A DNA stretch of 64,000 bases from Rhodobacterales bacterium (GTDB taxonomy: Bacteria; Pseudomonadota; Alphaproteobacteria; Rhodobacterales; CAZPXZ01), in assembly GCA_965219495.1 (NCBI GenBank), contig OZ244777.1, positions 1,398,419 through 1,462,418 of the forward strand, written 5' to 3'. Position 1 is the first letter of the stretch, and the number at the start of each line of letters is the position of its first letter. The notes under the pieces are model-generated. The model did no database searches. It saw only the letters and a list, made by a program, of their open reading frames with translations, and was not told the DNA's origin. The translations under genes and the position numbers were made by a program. Below, piece after piece: positions 61,150 to 64,000 of the stretch.

Positions 61150-62031
61150 TCAGGCTAGAATCGGCAAACTGATGTCGGGGGCGATTCCGCCACCGTGTTC
61201 CGTGGCGAATCCCGAAATTGCAGCCACGACTGAAGACCTGTCCATTCCGCTTGGAAACTCTCCGGCAAACAGCCCACCCTGGACAAATGCGGTCGACATG
61301 CCTGCCGCCGCCGCGCCGACGATATCATGCTCGAACGAATCCCCGACCATCAGGAACCGTTTCCCCGGAATCTCCGGATACAGGTTTCGAACAGCATCGA
61401 AAACCCGCCGATGCGGCTTGCCGTACCAGATTACCTCTCCCCCCATCCGCAGATAATGTTCGGCAAGAATTCCGGGCTCGGTTCTCTGGCCGCCTTCCCG
61501 AGGGGATGCCTTGTCCGGGTTCGAACAAATCACCGTTCGCCCGGCGCCAAGCGCGACATCGAGCTCGTGCCGGTGTTCCAACATCCCGTGCCCGTCGCGA
61601 ACTCCCATGATCAAAACCGCGTCCGAATCCTCGATCCTGTCGCAATTCACGTTCAAGAAATCGATTCCGCGCGCCCAGGCCGTCGCATCTTCGCGGGTCG
61701 CGCTGATCGTGTAAAGGCGCCTTGGGCGCCGCCCTTCAACTCGCAAGCTGCCATCGAGCAGGTCTCTCCAAAGCAATTCGCCCGAGGTGATCAGGCAAGA
61801 AATTGGCTTCAGCGGGATCCCAAATCTCGAAATGCGCTGAAGATTCGGCGCCGCCCGCTTGCCCGAGTTTGAAAGCACGACCACCGGTTTCCTTGTGCGC
61901 AAAAGCATTTCGAGCGCGGCGATTGCCCTGGGATAAGGCCGTTTGCCATCGTGAAGCACGCCCCACTGGTCGAGAACAAAAACGTCATGGTCTTCGACGA
62001 TTTCGCTCAGGCTCGCGATAACACGGGTCAT
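61150..62031 (-). CDS. HAD-superfamily hydrolase, subfamily IIA
   Basis: FVLDQWGVLHDG (the DxxG nucleophile motif), VVVLSNSGKR, MVGDSFEHDIVGAAAAG. Confidence 0.8.
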   Translation of the reverse strand: MTRVIASLSEIVEDHDVFVLDQWGVLHDGKRPYPRAIAALEMLLRTRKPVVVLSNSGKRAAPNLQRISRFGIPLKPISCLITSGELLWRDLLDGSLRVEGRRPRRLYTISATREDATAWARGIDFLNVNCDRIEDSDAVLIMGVRDGHGMLEHRHELDVALGAGRTVICSNPDKASPREGGQRTEPGILAEHYLRMGGEVIWYGKPHRRVFDAVRNLYPEIPGKRFLMVGDSFEHDIVGAAAAGMSTAFVQGGLFAGEFPSGMDRSSVVAAISGFATEHGGGIAPDISLPILA

Positions 62032-62046
62032 TCAGAGATCCGGCAA

Positions 62047-62889
62047 TTACCCGCGCGGCATGTCGGCAAAGTAGAACGGGTATCCTGGAATATGTCGCCT
62101 GCGGTCCCGAAGCTGCATTCCTTCGAACGGATACACTTCGTGCTCGCCAACCTTCTCATCGTGACAGGGAAGCACGTAATCCGCCCGCTTGTCGATCTCT
62201 TCGACGGACCGCCAGCCTTCGATGGAGTTCACGAACCGCGCCGGCACCCAGTAGCGCCATTTCTCCTCTTCGTTCGGCTCGAGATTGCGTGCCTGAAATA
62301 CCGCGTCTCCCGCCAGAACGATATTGCCGGAGCCGGTTTCCACGGATACCGCCATGTGTCCCGGGGAATGGCCGGGGGTCGGAAACATGGAAATTCCGGG
62401 AATGATTTCCGTCTCCCCGTGTACGAGTTCGAAGCTGCAACCGTAGTAGGCCGGTTCAATCCCGAGCACCGGCGATTCGTAGGTCCGGTAGTAAAGTGGA
62501 AGCGGGTTGTATGCCCACTTGATCTCGATCTCCGGGCATATGTAGCGGGCCTTCCGGAACTCTTTCATGTTCTGCACGTGGTCCCAATGCAGATGCGTGA
62601 AAATGACCATGTCGATTTCATCCGGAACAACACCGAGCTTTTCCTGCAAGTGATCGTGAACTTCCAGGCATCCGCGTTTCTGGCACTTGTGGTGATAGGT
62701 TGTCGCCCTCTCCTCGTCGCATAGCCCGGTATCAACCAGGAGCTTCGCGTCTCCCGTGTCGATGAAAAAACAGTACACCGGATTCCAGATCTTCTTTCCG
62801 GCGGGCCCCTTCCAGAAAATATATGTGCCGAGATCCGCCTCTAGCCAACCAGTGTTGATGGGATAGATTTGAGTTTCCTTGATTCCCAT
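62047..62889 (-). CDS. MBL-fold metallo-hydrolase (lactonase-like)
   Basis: IFTHLHWDH (HxHxDH), TPGHSPGH. GGAAGGA lies upstream of the ATG. Confidence 0.8.
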   Translation of the reverse strand: MGIKETQIYPINTGWLEADLGTYIFWKGPAGKKIWNPVYCFFIDTGDAKLLVDTGLCDEERATTYHHKCQKRGCLEVHDHLQEKLGVVPDEIDMVIFTHLHWDHVQNMKEFRKARYICPEIEIKWAYNPLPLYYRTYESPVLGIEPAYYGCSFELVHGETEIIPGISMFPTPGHSPGHMAVSVETGSGNIVLAGDAVFQARNLEPNEEEKWRYWVPARFVNSIEGWRSVEEIDKRADYVLPCHDEKVGEHEVYPFEGMQLRDRRRHIPGYPFYFADMPRG

Positions 62890-63167
62890 GGTGATCCTTC
62901 CCGCATTCGATTCGCGCTTCCGAAGATTCCAGTGCTTGCCGACGACTCAAGGCTTGAATTCACAAACCCGAACCCCGGTCCGGCGCAAGCAACTCGAAAG
63001 ATCTGGTGCCTGACGCCGTGTCATCTTCGAAACGGCCAAGTCCGCTTGAAATATGAGAATTGTTGCGCAGAGGTGAGCATTCTATTATGCAAAAATCGCT
63101 GTTGCGAATTTGCGCCGTAGCGCAGGCAAACCGCACAACGCCAGGGCAACGACGCCAGGAGGCACCC

Positions 63168-64000
63168 ATGCCCGAAATCCGCCTTGAGGGACTCACCAAG
63201 ACTTACGGAACGGTAAAGGTAATTCATGGCTTGGACCTCAAAATGGCGGACAACGAACTCACCGTATTGGTCGGACCTTCCTGCTGCGGGAAATCCACCA
63301 CCATGCGGATGGTGGCAGGGCTGGAAACGGTAACTTCGGGCGAAATCTACATCGGTGACCGGGAGGTAAGCCAGCTTGAGCCGAAAGAACGCGACCTCGC
63401 CATGGTGTTTCAGGATTGCGCGCTCTACCCGCACATGAACGTGGCCCGGAACATGTCCTTTGGTTCGCGAATCGCGCGTTACCCCAGAGCCGAAATCGAA
63501 GAACGCGTTCAGCGGGTCGCCGGAATGCTCGGGCTGGAAAAACTCCTGCATCGGAAGCCCGGCGAATTGTCCGGCGGACAGCGCCAGCGCGTCGCCATGG
63601 GCCGCGCCCTCGTACGCGACACTTCGACCTAGCTGATGGACGAGCCCCTCTCCAATCTCGATGCCAAGTTGCGCGGCCAGATGAGGACCGAACTGGCGCT
63701 CATGCTGGGCTGCATGGCTGCGTACGCCATTGTTCGATTCCACTTCATGGGCCGGGATGTCGTATCGACCACCACCCTGCTCATGCGAATGGTCCCGCCG
63801 GCGGTGCTGACGGTTCCCGTATTCGCCATCTGGACTTTCCAGTACAACCTCTCGAACAGCCTGCACGGGCTGAACCTGGTCTATATCGCCATCAACCTGC
63901 CGTTCGTGATCAGGATCCTTCAGAGCTTCATCCAGCGGGTGCCGATCCGACTGGAAGAAGCGGCCCGCATGGACGGCGCCAATCCGTTCCAGGTCTTTTT
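63168..64000 (+). pseudogene. chimeric remnant: sugar ABC ATPase (MalK/UgpC-like) N-half fused to ABC permease C-half, with in-frame TAG
   Basis: MPEIRLEGL...GPSCCGKST...[21 protein letters not shown], then TAG (63630-63632), then LMDEPLSNLDAKLRGQMRTELA. In the same frame it switches at about 63696-63702 to permease sequence (...VPVFAIWTFQYN...IRLEEAARMDGANPFQVF). It runs off the window end. Confidence 0.7.

Noticed and set aside
61505-61530. tRNA-like GGTTCGAA T-loop strings (for example near 61515, 39430 and 46175), and a general search for tRNA, rRNA and CRISPR.
   Set aside because: The hits lie inside well-supported CDSs or lack acceptor and anticodon stems. No spaced direct-repeat array is present anywhere in the window.
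18470-63632. Global reassignment of TAG (for example pyrrolysine, prompted by the nearby methylamine-type genes).
   Set aside because: TAG is used as the apparent natural terminator of the potD-like gene (14017-14019), the FAD subunit (22506-22508) and the giant GDH (41154-41156). No pyl-type genes are visible. The amber sites align with different residue types in homologues. I kept this only as a low-probability alternative in the amber-codon finding.

Overview
High-GC bacterial chromosomal segment. By gene content it looks alphaproteobacterial, but that is an inference. The conserved backbone is dense. It holds Moco biosynthesis and fdhD (1.1-4.4 kb), pheST-rplT-rpmI (5.7-9.8 kb) and an eight-gene minus-strand catabolic operon (18.9-29.2 kb: aminotransferase, hydantoinase A/B, SDR, three-subunit molybdenum hydroxylase, IclR). 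It also holds the giant NAD-glutamate dehydrogenase plus glutaryl-CoA dehydrogenase (36.3-42.4 kb), rpmB, a PCuAC copper chaperone, a dimethylglycine-dehydrogenase-like gene, rpsU, uronate dehydrogenase and a sugar-type cluster (57-63 kb). The window is heavily invaded and decaying. An IS with a 9-bp target duplication splits a trimethylamine-dehydrogenase-like gene. An 877-bp TIR element splits the potD-like gene. Two mobile-element graveyards lie at 29.6-36.2 kb and 50.1-57.0 kb. They contain IS91-type (HUH) transposases with partner tyrosine recombinases, an IS66-like element, a DruA-like DUF4338 gene, a broken serine recombinase, a broken group II intron and an IS4-like transposase. Several conserved genes carry in-frame TAG codons or frameshifts. 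The most unusual signal is a family of perfect palindromes, three of them exactly 14-4-14, with inner core WATGTYG-N4-CRACATW. They sit exactly on the breakpoints of recombinase and mobile-element genes. Three different tyrosine-recombinase genes are broken at the same catalytic-motif (LRH) codons. I found no rRNA, tRNA or CRISPR array by eye. All family calls rest on motif recognition from memory, not on database searches.
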